64,000 nt of DNA from Candidatus Limnocylindrales bacterium. Its GTDB lineage: Bacteria; Chloroflexota; Limnocylindria; Limnocylindrales; CSP1-4. The position numbers and the translations under genes are program-made. The notes below the pieces were generated by a model. That model ran no database searches. It saw only the letters and a list, made by a program, of their open reading frames with translations, and was not told the DNA's origin. The stretch covers positions 1,299 through 65,298 of the forward strand of contig DASYTK010000040.1 of NCBI GenBank assembly GCA_036002405.1. Reading direction: 5' to 3'. Of this stretch, positions 51,513 to 61,476 are shown one piece after another (position 1 is the stretch's first letter; each line of letters begins with the position of its first letter).

Positions 51513-52508
51513 TCAGGCCGTCTCGAAGAACTGGGGAGGAGGGCTCGTCTTGCCGAGCCGCTGACGGTCGACGGCGATGCCCGCCGCGTCATAGGCAAGG
51601 AGGAGGGCACCGAACACGGGCTCGATCGTGGCCCGCACCATCGTCGCCGTGGGCAGGCCTCGAGCGATCCCGTCGACGAGGTCGGTGCAGCGGTGACGGA
51701 GGACGCCGCCACAGAGGACGACCGGGTAGCCGGAGTCCCAGCCGACCTGCCTCGCGGCAGCGATCGCATAGTCGGCGATCACCTGCCCATGCCTGCGCAC
51801 GATCCCGCCCGCGACGGCGTCACCCTCATGGCCCGCATCCAGGAGGACCGGGGCGAGCCTGGCCAGACCCTGGTCGCCCATGCCGTCCCGCCCGGTGATC
51901 GCGTGCAGGAGCTCCTCCACCGAGGCGACTCCCAGACGCTTCAACGCCGAGGCAGTCATCGACGTGGCCGGCCCGATGCCGAGCTGGGCCCGGACGATCG
52001 CGAGCATCGCCTGCTCGCCCAGCTCCACCGCGCCCGACGCCTCGCCCCAGAAACCGAGGTGCCAGCTCGTCCCCGCCGGCCCGCCCGGGCCGCGTGCGCC
52101 GATCGCCATCCCGGTCCCGATGACGACCGACACGCCCTGGCCATCATCGGTCCCCGAGCGGAGGGCACCGATCGCGTCGTTGACGACGAGGGGCAGTTCC
52201 CCCAGCTCGAGCCGGTCCCGGAGCTCGGTCCGGTAGAGCTCGACGTCCTCGGGCCAGTCGGCGCCGGCCAAGCTGAAGACCGCCGGATGCAAGCGCGCCG
52301 TGGGGACCCGGGCCTCCGCCGCGGCCAGGACCACGGCGCTCACGACGTTCCCCAGCGGCACGTTCGGCTCTCGGAAGGCGTGGACGTCGGAGGAACCGCT
52401 TCGTCCCGCGCCAAGGATCCGACCGCGGGCGTCCGCGACGAGCGCCACGGTCTTCGTCTGGCCACCGTCGACGCCGAGAACGCATCGCCCGGCCGGCCTT
52501 CGAGGCAT
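51513..52508 (-). CDS. BadF/BadG/BcrA/BcrD-type ATPase (N-acetylglucosamine kinase-like)
   Basis: It has an N-terminal LGVDGGQTKT phosphate-1 motif and the ASKHA-fold pattern. Confidence 0.8.
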   Translation of the reverse strand: MPRRPAGRCVLGVDGGQTKTVALVADARGRILGAGRSGSSDVHAFREPNVPLGNVVSAVVLAAAEARVPTARLHPAVFSLAGADWPEDVELYRTELRDRLELGELPLVVNDAIGALRSGTDDGQGVSVVIGTGMAIGARGPGGPAGTSWHLGFWGEASGAVELGEQAMLAIVRAQLGIGPATSMTASALKRLGVASVEELLHAITGRDGMGDQGLARLAPVLLDAGHEGDAVAGGIVRRHGQVIADYAIAAARQVGWDSGYPVVLCGGVLRHRCTDLVDGIARGLPTATMVRATIEPVFGALLLAYDAAGIAVDRQRLGKTSPPPQFFETA

Positions 52509-52526
52509 CGTCCCGGCTTCCTTCGC

Positions 52527-53828
52527 TCAGGCCAGGAGCCGTTCCGGCAGATAGGCCCGGTGCGCTGCCGCCATCTCGTCGTAGAGGCGCTCAGCCACGT
52601 CGAGCGAGAGGACCCAGGGATGTGCGGCGAGCGCTCGCACCGCGTCGCGCCGGGTTCCGTGCCAGGCGGCGTCCGCGGTCAGCCGCTGGTACTCGGCGAG
52701 CATCTTGATCAGGCCTGAGACGTGGCCCGGCAGCGGTGGCGACGGTTCGGGATGGACTCCCGCCCGATCGACCCGGGCGAAGATCTCGACGACGAGGTCG
52801 TCGTCGAAGCCGGGCAGCGCTCCCCGGTTCGGGGTGTTCACGGGCAGCACCTTCCCCAGATCGTTGAACAACGAGTCCATCGCCTCGAGGGCGAGCTCGA
52901 GCTCGAAGATCCCGCCCCGGGAGCGGCCAGGATTGAGCTGGGGGTCCTCCGAGTTTGCCTGCTCGGCATAGTGCTCCCAGTAGCCCGCTGTCCAGGCGAG
53001 GATGTCCTCCGCCCGCGTCGTCGGCTTCGCCCGGAGCTCTTCGACGATCTCGTCGCGGAAGTAGTAGTAGCGCAGGTACGTGGCCGGAATCGCGCCCATG
53101 ACGGCGGCCAGCTTGAGGAGCCGCCGTGCGGGGGAGGCAGGCTCGGCCCGTGCGGCCATCTCCTCCCAGGCGGCCTCGACGAGCGGGATGGGGTCCTGCC
53201 CGTCGTACGTCGCCTCGACCGACCATGTCGTGTGGTTCAACCCGACCATCCGGGCCGAGATCTTCTTCGGGTCCAGCCCGGCCGCGACGGCGAGCTCGCG
53301 CGGGAAGTCGTACGTGCCCTCGCAGAACGACGTGAACGGGATCGGCGAGTGTCGGCTCGCCGCGTCGGCGAGGATGTTCACCGGGTTCGTGTAGTTGAAG
53401 ATGCGGGCTCGCGGTGCGACGGCCTCGAGATCGTCCGTGATCGCGCGCAGGACGTGGATCGAGCGGAGCGCCATGAAGAACCCGCCCGGCCCCTGCGTCT
53501 CCTGGCCGATGATCCCGTGGCGGAGCGGGATCCGCTCGTCCTGGATGCGGGCCTCGAAGCCCCCGGGCCGGTACGAGGAGAGGACGGCGTCGACGTCTGT
53601 CAGCCCCGCCCGGCGGTCAGTCGTGGCGCTGAAGCGAAGGTCGAGCGCGCGAGCCGCGGCCATCCGCTCCGACAACCGCCGGATCAACTCGAGCCGCTCG
53701 GGCACGAGGTCGATGAGCACGACCTCCGAGCCCCCGAAGTTCGCCCCGTGGTTGTGGATGAAGCCAGCCATCGTGCCGGCAGCCCGGGTCGATCCACCGC
53801 CGACGTACGCGAGCCTGATCGCGGCCAC
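52527..53828 (-). CDS. Glycoside hydrolase family 4 (NAD/Mn-dependent glycosidase)
   Basis: It has an N-terminal Rossmann IRLAYVGGGSTRA, the NYTNPVNIL segment, and an overall length typical of GH4. Confidence 0.8.
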   Translation of the reverse strand: MAAIRLAYVGGGSTRAAGTMAGFIHNHGANFGGSEVVLIDLVPERLELIRRLSERMAAARALDLRFSATTDRRAGLTDVDAVLSSYRPGGFEARIQDERIPLRHGIIGQETQGPGGFFMALRSIHVLRAITDDLEAVAPRARIFNYTNPVNILADAASRHSPIPFTSFCEGTYDFPRELAVAAGLDPKKISARMVGLNHTTWSVEATYDGQDPIPLVEAAWEEMAARAEPASPARRLLKLAAVMGAIPATYLRYYYFRDEIVEELRAKPTTRAEDILAWTAGYWEHYAEQANSEDPQLNPGRSRGGIFELELALEAMDSLFNDLGKVLPVNTPNRGALPGFDDDLVVEIFARVDRAGVHPEPSPPLPGHVSGLIKMLAEYQRLTADAAWHGTRRDAVRALAAHPWVLSLDVAERLYDEMAAAHRAYLPERLLA

Positions 53829-53829
53829 C

Positions 53830-54657
53830 TCACTCTCCCTTCACTGCACCGGACAGGAATCCGCGGATGAACTGGCGCTGGAGGACCGCGTAGGCGAGGA
53901 CGACTGGGAGCGCGACGAGGACGGCGGCAGCGGCGACGACCGTCTGGTCGGTCGTTCGTTGCGAGCCCGCGAAGAACGTGAGCGCGAGGGGCGCGGTCAG
54001 GAGTGTCCCGCGCGGGTTCATCACGAGGGCCAGGAGGAAGTCGTTCCAGGTGTACATGAACAGGAGCACGGCGAGGGTGAGGATCGCGGGTACCGCCTGG
54101 GGGACGAGGATCCCGACCAGCGTCCGCAGGTGACCCGCCCCGTCGACCCGGGCCGCCTCGATGACCGACCGCGGCGCCGAGCGGAAGAACGCGCGCATCC
54201 AGAACGTGCCGAGGCAGACGGAGACCCCGATCTGGGGAAGGATCAGGGCGGGGTAGGAATCGGTCAGCCGCGCCGCCCGGAAGATGTGGTAGAGCGGGAT
54301 GACGAGCGACTCGTAGGGGATGATCAGGCCGCTGACGAGGACATAGAAGATCAGGGTCGCGCCCGGGAAGCGCATCGTCCCGAGGGCATAGCCTGAGAGG
54401 ACGGACAGGACGACCGATGCGAGCACGACCGTCGAGGCGACGATCGCGCTCGTCAGCAGCCCGTCACCGAAACGACCTTCCGTCCAGGCCCGCCCGAAGT
54501 TGTCGAGCGTCGGCTGGCTGGGGATGGAGAAGCCCGTCACCGGCTCGTTCCTCCGGTGGAAGGCGAGCAGGACGATCGAGACGATCGGGTAGACGGCGAG
54601 CAGGCTGAAGGCCGCGAGGATCAGATAGGTCGCCCCCCGCTCGAGTCGGACCGTCAC
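53830..54657 (-). CDS. Carbohydrate ABC transporter permease (MalG-like)
   Basis: The GTG start overlaps the upstream permease stop (GTGA). EAA-loop region IEAARVDGAGHLRTLVGILVP. The track ORF to 55101 is an overlapping extension. Confidence 0.8.
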   Translation of the reverse strand: MTVRLERGATYLILAAFSLLAVYPIVSIVLLAFHRRNEPVTGFSIPSQPTLDNFGRAWTEGRFGDGLLTSAIVASTVVLASVVLSVLSGYALGTMRFPGATLIFYVLVSGLIIPYESLVIPLYHIFRAARLTDSYPALILPQIGVSVCLGTFWMRAFFRSAPRSVIEAARVDGAGHLRTLVGILVPQAVPAILTLAVLLFMYTWNDFLLALVMNPRGTLLTAPLALTFFAGSQRTTDQTVVAAAAVLVALPVVLAYAVLQRQFIRGFLSGAVKGE

Positions 54658-55598
54658 CCGGCTGCCTCCGACTCCTGGCCCCGCTCCCCGAGGCGGGTGA
54701 TCACGATCGTGACCACGAGGATGACGGCGGTCAGGATGACCGCGATCGCGGCGCCCGCCCCGATCCGCCGCGCCTCGAAGCCGAGCTGGTAGAGCAGGAC
54801 GGCAGGCACCGCGGTGGCATCGCCGGGGCCGCCGCGCGTCGCGACCCAGACGAGGTCGAAGTTCCGCAAGGCGAAGATGACCGTGATCGTGAGCGCCACG
54901 AGGATCTCGTTCCGCAGCCCGGGCAGGGTTACCGCGAAGAACTCGCTCACCGGCCCCGCCCCGTCGACTCGCGCTGCGTCGTAGAGGTCGAGCGGGATCT
55001 TCTGGACGCCGGCCACGAAGAGCACCATGCAGAGCCCGAAATTCACCCAGGTGCCGACCAGCCCGACCGCCGGCAGCGCCCAGGTGAAATCGCCCAGCCA
55101 CGCTCGTGTGAGCCCGTCGAGGCCGACCAGCCGGAGGAGCTCGTTGAGGGCGCCGTTCCGGCTGTAGATCCAGCTCCAGGCGATCGCCACGACGACCATC
55201 GCCACCGTCTGGGGCAGGAAGAGGAGGACGCGGAAGGCGCGGATGCCCCGGATCGGGATCCGCGACAGGAGCGCGGCGAGGAGAAGCCCGATCCCGACCG
55301 GGATGAGCGAATAGAAGCCGACCAGGATGAGCGAGCGGACGAAGGCGAGATAGAGTCCCGGATCGCTGACGATGTCGGCGTAGTTCCGCGGCCCGATGAA
55401 CACGGCCGCCCCCACGCCGTTCCAGCGTGTGAAGGAGAGCCAGACCGTGTTGACGAAGGGATAAAGCCCGAAGACCGTGAAGAAGAGGAGCGAGGGAGCG
55501 GCGTAGGCGAGGCCAACGAGACGCGGCTCGCCGGGCGGAGCGCTTCCGCGAGCCGCGTCCGCCGTGCTAGCGAGAATCCTGGAACTTGGCCCAATCAT
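54654..55598 (-). CDS. Carbohydrate ABC transporter permease (MalF-like)
   Basis: EAA loop YDAARVDGAGPVSEFFAVTLP and 6 TM. The start overlaps the SBP gene by 32 nt and no alternative canonical start was seen. Confidence 0.8.
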   Translation of the reverse strand: MIGPSSRILASTADAARGSAPPGEPRLVGLAYAAPSLLFFTVFGLYPFVNTVWLSFTRWNGVGAAVFIGPRNYADIVSDPGLYLAFVRSLILVGFYSLIPVGIGLLLAALLSRIPIRGIRAFRVLLFLPQTVAMVVVAIAWSWIYSRNGALNELLRLVGLDGLTRAWLGDFTWALPAVGLVGTWVNFGLCMVLFVAGVQKIPLDLYDAARVDGAGPVSEFFAVTLPGLRNEILVALTITVIFALRNFDLVWVATRGGPGDATAVPAVLLYQLGFEARRIGAGAAIAVILTAVILVVTIVITRLGERGQESEAAG

Positions 55599-56955
55599 CC
55601 TGGACGGTCTGGACGAACTCCTCCGGCGACTTCTGGCCGCCGATCAGCTCCTGGAGCGACTTTGTGATCGTGTCGAACATCGTGTCCGTCGCCCAGTCCT
55701 GGTAGTAGATCAGCCCGTCGTCCTGGGCGATCCGCGTCCAGGCATCGAGAAGCTGTTGCGTCACCTTGTCGTCCGGCTTTGCGGTCACCCCGGCGGCGGC
55801 CGCGATCCGGCCGTGCTTGAAGTACACGTCGCCCTTGTCCGGGGCCATAACGAAGTCGAGGAAGGCAGCGGCGAGGTCCTGGTTCTTCGAGCGGGCCGAG
55901 ATGTGGAAGGGGAGGCTCAGGGCGGCCACGGCCACGACTTTCCCGGAATCGCCGGGCGGCGGGGCGATGAAGCCGACCGCGTCCTCGCCCATCGCGTCGC
56001 GCAGCCCGGCGGCGAGCCAGCTTCCCGCGATGAGGAACACGCCGTCGCCCTGGGCGAACTCCGCCCAGGCGGTGTCGTACTTCAGGCCGTTCGCATCCTC
56101 GCTCAGGTAGCCCTTGTCGACCCAGTCCTTGAAGGTCTTCGCTGCCTCCAGGTTCCCGGGTGCCGTGTAGTCGGCGCCTTCCTTGCCGAAGACCCAGTCG
56201 CGGATCTCCTGGGCCGACCAGGTCGCGCCCTGCGCGATCCCCAGGTCATGGGTCGCGGGCCAGCCCTCCAGGTTGCCCAGCTTGATCGCTAGCTGGCCCT
56301 CGCTCTTCGCCTTCTCGAGGGCAGTCTCGAAGTCGGCGAAGGAAGCGGGTGGCTCGACTCCGATCGCGGCGAGCTTGTCGACGTTGTAGTAGATGCCCAC
56401 GAAGTCCGCCGACTCGGCGATGCCCCAGATCGACCCCGTCCCGAATGTCTTGCCGTCATCCGAAAAGCGGAACTGGTCGGTCGTCGCCGCCCCGTACCAA
56501 GCGGTCCAGCCGTATGCGTCGAAGTACTTGTCGAGCGGCACGATCAGGCCGCCGGACACCAGCGCGCCGTCGGTCACGTACCCCTGGTTGCCGAGCAGGA
56601 TATCGGGCGCGTCCTCCGAGTCGGCGACGTTGAGGACCGTCTTCATGTAGTCGTCGAACGACTTGAAGTCGAGCTGCACGGTGATGTTGGGGTAGCGCTC
56701 CATCCACCGGCCGGCGAGCTCGGTGAGCGTGTCCTTCGAGGCGTTCTCGGCGTTGACCCGGAGCGTGACGTCGCCGATCGACTCCCAGCCCTCGGTCTTG
56801 ACGCCGGGCGCCGACGCCGGAGCCGATCCCCCGGTTTCCGCCGACGTCGGACCGCCCGTCGGGCTGCCCCCCCCGACGCAGGCGGCCGTCAGCAGGACGA
56901 CGCTGAGCAGAACGCTCGGGGCGGCGCGCCACGGCCGGCGTAGGCGGGATTCCAT
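55567..56955 (-). CDS. ABC transporter extracellular solute-binding lipoprotein (sugar type)
   Basis: It has a signal peptide with lipobox LLTAAC and is a 462-aa family-1 SBP-like sequence. Confidence 0.85.
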   Translation of the reverse strand: MESRLRRPWRAAPSVLLSVVLLTAACVGGGSPTGGPTSAETGGSAPASAPGVKTEGWESIGDVTLRVNAENASKDTLTELAGRWMERYPNITVQLDFKSFDDYMKTVLNVADSEDAPDILLGNQGYVTDGALVSGGLIVPLDKYFDAYGWTAWYGAATTDQFRFSDDGKTFGTGSIWGIAESADFVGIYYNVDKLAAIGVEPPASFADFETALEKAKSEGQLAIKLGNLEGWPATHDLGIAQGATWSAQEIRDWVFGKEGADYTAPGNLEAAKTFKDWVDKGYLSEDANGLKYDTAWAEFAQGDGVFLIAGSWLAAGLRDAMGEDAVGFIAPPPGDSGKVVAVAALSLPFHISARSKNQDLAAAFLDFVMAPDKGDVYFKHGRIAAAAGVTAKPDDKVTQQLLDAWTRIAQDDGLIYYQDWATDTMFDTITKSLQELIGGQKSPEEFVQTVQDDWAKFQDSR

Positions 56956-57012
56956 GGTCCAGTCCTCCTCGGGTCACGGATGGGCAGCCTGAAGGCAAGT
57001 ACCGTACCGCCG

Positions 57013-58086
57013 ATGAGCCTCTTGTGGCGGGACACGGTCGCGATGCCCGATGCGATCGAGCGGACACTCGTCGCGCGCGATGGCGTCGACGCGGTCGTGG
57101 CCGAGCTGCGGGATGCTCGCACGCGGCGCATCGTGGCCTCCGGCAACGGCGCCGCCTGGTACGTCTCCCATGCGCTCTGGCTGGCATCGCTGGAGGGAGT
57201 GCCGCCGACCGCTCCTCTCATCTCCCTGCCGGCCGGGGCCCTCGCCGGCGGGCGATTCCGGTGGCGGGCTGGTGACGTCCTGCTCGCGGTGTCGACGAGC
57301 GGCGAACTGCGCGACCTGATCGATGTCGTCGACGTGCAGGCGGGGACGGACGGTCCCGACCGGACGGCCCTGATCACCGCCACGCCGAACTCCTCGCTCG
57401 CGCGTCGGGCGACAGCGGTGGCCACGACCCGGCTGGCCGACCCTGCCGCCTTCACGCACAGCCAGGCGTACGTTTCGAACGTCGCCCTGGGACTGCTCAT
57501 CCTTGCGGAAACCACAGCCGACCGCGGGCTCGCGCGGCTCGTCCGCAGGACGCCGGCCGCTGCGGCGGAGGCGGTCCAGGCGGTCGAGGCCTGGTCCGTG
57601 GAAGCGGACCCGTCGAACAGTGGATCCCGACCGGACGTTCCGCGCTCTGTCACGGTGTTCGGGAGCGGGCCCGCCTGGGCGGCCGCCCTCGAGGCGGCGC
57701 TCCTGCTCCGCGAGGTCGGACGCCTCGCGGCGGAGGGGACGGAAACGCGCGAGGCGGCTACATCCTCGATGTTCGGCCTGGGACCCGCCGATCTCGTCGT
57801 GAGCCTGCCGATCGCCGGAGATCGCTGGCTCGACGAGGCCGAGCGGACCTGCGCCGGCACCGGCGCGCGGGTCGTCCGGATCCCGGGCTCCGGTCGCGCC
57901 GACGCCCGGCTCGCCCCGATCCTCGCCTTCCCAGGATCGGTCCACCTCTCGATCCGTTTCGCCGAGCTCCAGGGCCTGGACCCCGACGCGCCCGAGACGG
58001 CGACGGCGTACTACGCGACGGCGCGCCGGGTGGCCCCGGGACCGGGGGCGTCCGGGGCGGAGGGTGATGCCGCGCGGAGTGGTTAG
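57013..58086 (+). CDS. SIS-domain sugar phosphate isomerase/deglycase-like protein (two SIS repeats)
   Basis: IVASGNGAAWYVSHALW and a second SIS-like half are present. It is divergent from the sugar ABC operon. Start set at ATG 57013. Confidence 0.7.
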   Translation: MSLLWRDTVAMPDAIERTLVARDGVDAVVAELRDARTRRIVASGNGAAWYVSHALWLASLEGVPPTAPLISLPAGALAGGRFRWRAGDVLLAVSTSGELRDLIDVVDVQAGTDGPDRTALITATPNSSLARRATAVATTRLADPAAFTHSQAYVSNVALGLLILAETTADRGLARLVRRTPAAAAEAVQAVEAWSVEADPSNSGSRPDVPRSVTVFGSGPAWAAALEAALLLREVGRLAAEGTETREAATSSMFGLGPADLVVSLPIAGDRWLDEAERTCAGTGARVVRIPGSGRADARLAPILAFPGSVHLSIRFAELQGLDPDAPETATAYYATARRVAPGPGASGAEGDAARSG

Positions 58087-58850
58087 TCGACCAGGCGCTG
58101 TGTCTGGAGGCGCGGTGGCGCGACGCTGGCCGGGACGACGAGCACCCACTTCCCGGCCAGGGAGGGCGCCGCGACCGGGACGCCATCGGAGCCGATCGGG
58201 CGGCGTCGGCGGGGGATGAAGGAGGCGCCCAGGGTCTCGAGCGTCAGGCTGGTTCCGGGCTCGGGGCTCCGACCCCAGGTCGTGCTGTGGCGTGGATAGA
58301 GCGGGTCGAGCACCCGCGCGTGCGTGACGCGGAACTCGTCGGTCGCCAGCGGGTCGGCCGTTGCGGTGAAACCGCTCATCACCCACGCGTGCCGGCCGCC
58401 CCAGACGAGAAGCCCGACCGGCTTCCCGGTCACCCGGATCGCCCGGGCGGCCGCACGTGTCGCGGCCTCAAGCGTGCTGAAGCCGGCCACGCGATAGGGT
58501 CCGTAGCCCAGCTCGTTGAGCCCGAGCGACCAGCCGCGGACCGACGCTCCTTGCCGGCCGGGCCGCACCGGGATGCTCCGGAACGAGCGAGCCAGCAGCC
58601 AGAGACGGTGCTGGGTCTCGGCGGTCCGGTCGTCCCGCGCGGCGATGATGTTGATCATCATCTGCATGCTCGCCCCCACGCACTGGACGAGGTTCGTCTG
58701 GGCGACGAAGTCGCCTGAGCGGTAGAGATCGAGCTCGTAACCGGGGGCGGCCGCGACCCGCCCTGCCGGGGTGCCGGCGACCGCGGCGACGGCCAGGACG
58801 AACGCGACGAGCGCCGAGCCAAGCGGCTCGCGACGGCGGCGGTCGATCAC
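58083..58850 (-). CDS. Secreted papain/C39-like putative cysteine peptidase, paralog 1
   Basis: It has a signal sequence, then Q-x5-C (AQTNLVQCVGASMQMM) and GRHAWVMSGF. It is clearly homologous to 60350..61312 and 61477..62280. Confidence 0.65.
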   Translation of the reverse strand: MIDRRRREPLGSALVAFVLAVAAVAGTPAGRVAAAPGYELDLYRSGDFVAQTNLVQCVGASMQMMINIIAARDDRTAETQHRLWLLARSFRSIPVRPGRQGASVRGWSLGLNELGYGPYRVAGFSTLEAATRAAARAIRVTGKPVGLLVWGGRHAWVMSGFTATADPLATDEFRVTHARVLDPLYPRHSTTWGRSPEPGTSLTLETLGASFIPRRRRPIGSDGVPVAAPSLAGKWVLVVPASVAPPRLQTQRLVD

Positions 58851-58975
58851 GGCGGAGAAGGATACGGCCGGAGGGCGTACGCGGCCCCCCGCCCCGATTA
58901 CGCTTGAGGTGCCCTGATCCTCCAGCCTTCCCCTCCCCCATCCCTGTCGCGCGCCGGCCCGTCGACGGATCGGCC

Positions 58976-60337
58976 GTGACGATCCTCCGGGCCCTCCTCA
59001 CTCGGTTCGTCCCGCGCGGGGCGATCCTCCTCTCGGTCCTGACCTTCGCGAGCTACGTCATCGGGCTCCTGCGAGACCGGATCTTCGCGCGGACGTTCGG
59101 GGCCGGGCACGAGCTCGATGCGTACAACGCGGCCTTCGTCCTGCCAGAGCTGGCGCTCGACGTGCTCGTCGCCAGCGGGCTCGCGGCGCCCTTCGTTCCG
59201 ATCTTCCTCCAGCTTCGCCACGACGATGAGGGGGCGGCCGTGGCGTTCGGCCAGACGATCCTGACCGGGGCGGTCATCGTCATGGGCGCCACGGCGGGCG
59301 TCCTGTTCGTCCTCGCCCCCCTGACCAGCTCGCTCATCACGCCCGGGTTCGACGCCTCGCAGCGGGAGCTCTACGTCTCGCTCTTCAGGGTGATGCTCGT
59401 GACGCCGATCATCTTCGCCGCCTCGATCGCCCTGGGGGAGGTTCTCGTCGCGCAGCGTCGCTTCCTCTTCTACGGGCTTGCTCCCCCGCTCTACAACGGG
59501 GGGATCATCCTCGGGACCGTCCTGCTCAGCGGCAGCCTGGGGATCTTCGGGCCGGCCGTGGGGGCGGTGATTGGCGCCCTGCTCCACCTCGGCATCCGCC
59601 TCGTGGGGATCCGGCGGACGGCGTTCCGCGTCCGTCCCCGCCTGGCCCTGCGGACGAGAGCCGTGGTCGAGTTCCTCCGCCTGATGATCCCGAAGATGGC
59701 CAGTCACCCGATCGAACCGTTGACCTTCCTCTTCTTCACGTCCCTGGCCACAACGCTCGGCGCCGGCAGCGTGAGCTCCGTCAGCTTCGCCCGCAACTTC
59801 CAGAGCGTGCCCGTCAGCCTGATCGGCATTTCGTTCTCGCTCGCGGCATTCCCCGCGCTCGCCGCCGCCTTCGTGGCCGGCGATCGGAGGCGCTTCACCG
59901 GGATCGTGGCCGCGAACGCCGTCACGATCTCCGTCCTCACGATCGGGGCCGCCATCGGACTCTTCCTCGTGGCCCGGATCGCGATCGAGCTCTTCCTGGG
60001 GGGCGGTGCCTTCGACGCCGAGGACATCGCCCGCACCTCGCTCGTCCTCTCGGCCTTCGCGGTATCGGTGCCCTTCGAGAGCCTGAGCCACCTGCTCAGC
60101 CGCGCGATCTACGCCACGCGGAACACGCTCCTGCCAGTCGGGGCGTCGATCTGCGGCTTCGCGCTCACGGTCGCGGCCGGGCTCTGGCTCGCGCCTCAGG
60201 TCGGCATCACGGCGATCCCCCTCGCGTTCGCGCTGGGGAGCGCGCTCAAGCTCGGGCTCCTCGCCCTTGCGCTCGTGCCTCGCATCCGGCTCGTGGGCGC
60301 GACCGCCGAGCGACCCGACCTCACCGAGGCGCTCTGA
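58976..60337 (+). CDS. murJ: Lipid II flippase MurJ (MviN family)
   Basis: ILLSVLTFASYVIGLLRDRIFARTFGAG...ELDAYNAAFVLPE... is the canonical MurJ N-terminus, with 14 TM-like segments. The GTG at 58976 is preferred over the track start at 58904. Confidence 0.85.
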   Translation: MTILRALLTRFVPRGAILLSVLTFASYVIGLLRDRIFARTFGAGHELDAYNAAFVLPELALDVLVASGLAAPFVPIFLQLRHDDEGAAVAFGQTILTGAVIVMGATAGVLFVLAPLTSSLITPGFDASQRELYVSLFRVMLVTPIIFAASIALGEVLVAQRRFLFYGLAPPLYNGGIILGTVLLSGSLGIFGPAVGAVIGALLHLGIRLVGIRRTAFRVRPRLALRTRAVVEFLRLMIPKMASHPIEPLTFLFFTSLATTLGAGSVSSVSFARNFQSVPVSLIGISFSLAAFPALAAAFVAGDRRRFTGIVAANAVTISVLTIGAAIGLFLVARIAIELFLGGGAFDAEDIARTSLVLSAFAVSVPFESLSHLLSRAIYATRNTLLPVGASICGFALTVAAGLWLAPQVGITAIPLAFALGSALKLGLLALALVPRIRLVGATAERPDLTEAL

Positions 60338-60349
60338 AGGACGGCGGCG

Positions 60350-61312
60350 CTAGCGGTGTGAGGGGACGGGGATCGTGGGGACGAGGACGATGAACCGGCT
60401 GTCGCGGTCCGGATAGAGCCCCTCCGGTCGCTTCCAGGGCAGGAAGTTCCGCTCCATCTCGGCCGCGTCCTGGAACGTGGCCGGCGGGTCCGAGGGTCCC
60501 CAGATGCTCGACACCCAGGGATACCAGGGGTCCAGAACGTACGTGCCGCTGACCGTCGCGTCGGGGAAGATGCTGGGATCGGCGTCTGCCCGGTAGCCCG
60601 TCATGACCCAGGTGTGGGCGCCGCGCCAGGCGATGAGGATGACCGGCGCCCCCGTCTGGGTCAGCGCAGCCGCGGACCCCCGCAGCGCGTCGGCGCGGGA
60701 GTCGTAGGCCCGGATCTCGTAGCCCTGTGCACCGTACGCATCGAGCGCCTCGACCATGGCCGCGGGTCCCCAGCCGCCGTTGTGGCTGTCCTCCCAGCTC
60801 TCCCATTCGCCGATCCGGCTCACGAGCTCGTTCTGGAAGCGCTCCGAGGTGTCGCCGTGGCCCAGGATCGTAAGCACCATCTGGACGCCCGCCGGCGCGC
60901 ACCACTCCTTCGTCAGCTCGTGGGCGAAGACCGACTCCGGGTTCGCCACGATCTGGAGGTCGACCGGCTCCCGGACCGGCTGCGCTGAGGGTGTCGGCGA
61001 GGAGGATGGGGTCGGGCGGGCGGTCTCCGGGCCTGCCGACTCGCTCGGCGGGCCGCTCGCAGGCGGTTCGGAGGTGCGCTCCGCAGGCGTCGCGAGGCTG
61101 GGCGCTGGAGTGATCACGACCGTGCGGCGCGTCGGTCGATTCGGCGGCGGGTCGATCGCGAGCTGGATCCGGTCGAGCACGTGGTCGTAGCGGTCGCCCA
61201 CGCCGAAGGCGTTCGTCCAGATCGCCCCGAGGCCCAGGGACGCGACGACTAGGAGGCCCAGCGCGGCGATCCGCGCGCGATGGCGCGGCCTGCGATTGCG
61301 CCGCTCGACCAT
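60350..61312 (-). CDS. Membrane-anchored papain/C39-like putative cysteine peptidase, paralog 2
   Basis: Start set at MVERRNRR (61312). It has a TM anchor, a Pro/Ser/Thr linker, then KEWCAPAGVQMVL and GAHTWVMTGY. The track ORF to 61651 overlaps the divergent paralog 3. Confidence 0.65.
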   Translation of the reverse strand: MVERRNRRPRHRARIAALGLLVVASLGLGAIWTNAFGVGDRYDHVLDRIQLAIDPPPNRPTRRTVVITPAPSLATPAERTSEPPASGPPSESAGPETARPTPSSSPTPSAQPVREPVDLQIVANPESVFAHELTKEWCAPAGVQMVLTILGHGDTSERFQNELVSRIGEWESWEDSHNGGWGPAAMVEALDAYGAQGYEIRAYDSRADALRGSAAALTQTGAPVILIAWRGAHTWVMTGYRADADPSIFPDATVSGTYVLDPWYPWVSSIWGPSDPPATFQDAAEMERNFLPWKRPEGLYPDRDSRFIVLVPTIPVPSHR

Positions 61313-61476
61313 CGGGCGCAGGGCGAGGCCGCTTCGGGGAATCACGCCGGTTCGACCTGATCGGGACGTAGCTGGAGCTCCTCCGATCGCTGCCTGGGGT
61401 CGGTCCCGCCGGAGCATACACAGGGGGCGGCGCTCACCATGCCGGCAAGCCTGGTCGGGCGGAGAATCAGCGGGAG

